Assembly (NCBI GenBank): GCA_964016885.1
Contig: OZ024747.1
Span: 92,380,001 to 92,444,000, forward strand
From: Eledone cirrhosa
Lineage: Eukaryota
DNA: 64,000 bases
Direction of reading: 5' to 3'
Part shown: in pieces, positions 62,822 to 64,000 of the stretch
Numbering within the stretch: position 1 is the stretch's first letter
Layout: each line of letters starts with the position of its first letter
Notes under the pieces: model-generated
Told to the model about the DNA's origin: nothing
What the model saw: only the letters and a program-made list of their open reading frames with translations
The model's database searches: none
Made by a program: the position numbers and the translations under genes

Positions 62822-63009
62822 TAATAGTAAAACACTGGAGAGCACTCAGTCCATGGGACGAGTTTGGTAGAAGTAGTTCCACAACAGTTAGTTCACCATA
62901 CCAAGAACAAATGTTTCACCTTATGTGGATTCAGATCAAGCTGAGGATCCGCATAAGGTGAAACATTTGTTCTCGGTATGGTGAACTAACTGTTGTAGAA
63001 CTACTTCTA
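62822..63009 (-). mobile_element. Fold-back element with hammerhead plus tail hairpin
   Basis: Inverted arms spanning 62868-63009; CUGAGGA-UCC..GGU-GAAAC-AUUU-GUU at 62941-62971 (+); tail ACTC-GTCC-CAT-GGAC-T-GAGTGCT at 62841-62863 (-). Confidence 0.8.
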
Positions 63010-63023
63010 TATGTATATATATG

Positions 63024-63790
63024 CTAGCAGAATGGCCTGGCGTTGCTCGGGCTTCTAAACATAGATTGGCATGTTTATCCCTCCTTTCTGAAACAGTACA
63101 GAGAAGTACGGAATATCTCGGCCTTGAGATGGTGTCTACATTTTGTGCTTAGGCAAAAAATTTTCCATTAAGATTTTTCAAAAGCATGTAATTGCGTTCC
63201 CTCTCTTTTTTGTTGTTGTTTTTGCTGCTGTTGGTGTGATAGCAGCCGTTGGTCGTACTACTAACACAGTCTCGTCCTTCTTCAGCCAATCGTGTATATC
63301 CCCTTCTGCCTCGTCTACCTAAACAATGATTGTAGCACTTCCTTGTACACAATGTTCCTTGTTCTTCCATGTAGGGTATATGCAAAGAGATTTGACTTGC
63401 TTCCAACTCTTGAGCAGCCAATGTATAGTTGTTCGTGTGAAAAACCTGACACTTCCAAAAGAAGACCAGCAACAGCTAGGGTCTGACCCTGGGATTTGTT
63501 GATAGACATTGCAAAGCTGACACGGTTCAGCGAATGGTTCTTTCGTTGTCTGTTTCAAGTGCTCTTCTGGTGGCAATACGTTCAGCATCTTGCGATCGTC
63601 GAATAGCAGATTCCACTGACGATTCCTTTGCCCGCCTAGTTCTTTTTCTTGCCGCTTTCACGGTATTTCGGCCAATGGAGTATCTCTTCCTTCGAGGCAT
63701 GACCTAAAAGCAGGACGAAGTACACTAAGACTAACTGATAGAGTAAGGAGTAAACTCGTCAGTGATGTATGTGATTTCCGAACCGTTGAC
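63024..63790 (-). mobile_element. Internally deleted Helitron (RepHel N-terminus next to helicase C-terminus)
   Basis: CTAG plus hairpin at 63024-63050; AMSINKSQGQTL..FSHEQLYIGCSRV at 63315-63512; MPRRKRYSIGR.. ORF at 63700-63527. Confidence 0.8.
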
Positions 63791-64000
63791 TATGTAATTG
63801 CTGGCCTTGTGCCAAAAATAGTGGGACTTTTTGGGTGGCATATTGGCAGTAACAATGACGATAAGCTGTCTGTGCTTTCGTGAAATAAATACGTTTGTTT
63901 ATATTTTGTTTTTGTGTGTGTAAAAATATCTGTACACGAATATATAATTATATATATATATTAAAATAACAGATTAAAGTTTAAGCAAAGAATCGCTGCT

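Overview
AT-rich, microsatellite- and transposon-dense animal DNA. The SINE families resemble those I recall from octopod cephalopods (inference). One well-supported spliced gene lies on the minus strand (6 coding exons, 49003 to 35870, 345 aa), a glucosidase II beta/PRKCSH-like protein with an N-terminal membrane anchor, two LDLa-like Cys repeats and an MRH domain but no HDEL. There is also a 636-aa Asn-rich orphan ORF (26789-28699). The rest is mostly tRNA-derived SINEs, non-autonomous Helitrons, hAT, piggyBac-like and Tc1/pogo-like MITEs, LINE relics and minisatellites. The most interesting signal is a set of about 15 short non-coding elements, mostly embedded in (TA)n tracts, from several sequence-unrelated families. 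They combine some or all of: a type I hammerhead ribozyme (often minimal, with a palindromic loop 3), a fold-back palindrome of up to 336 bp, and a covarying 3' hairpin RCTC-[stem-loop]-bulge-GAGY(RCT) located 4-10 nt beyond the fold-back breakpoint. A 2.4 x 310-bp hammerhead-containing tandem array (25123-25859) looks like a non-LTR retrozyme. Together these suggest a non-autonomous Penelope-like/retrozyme system targeting TA repeats. No autonomous partner is in the window. All structures were read by eye; no folding or database searches were run.
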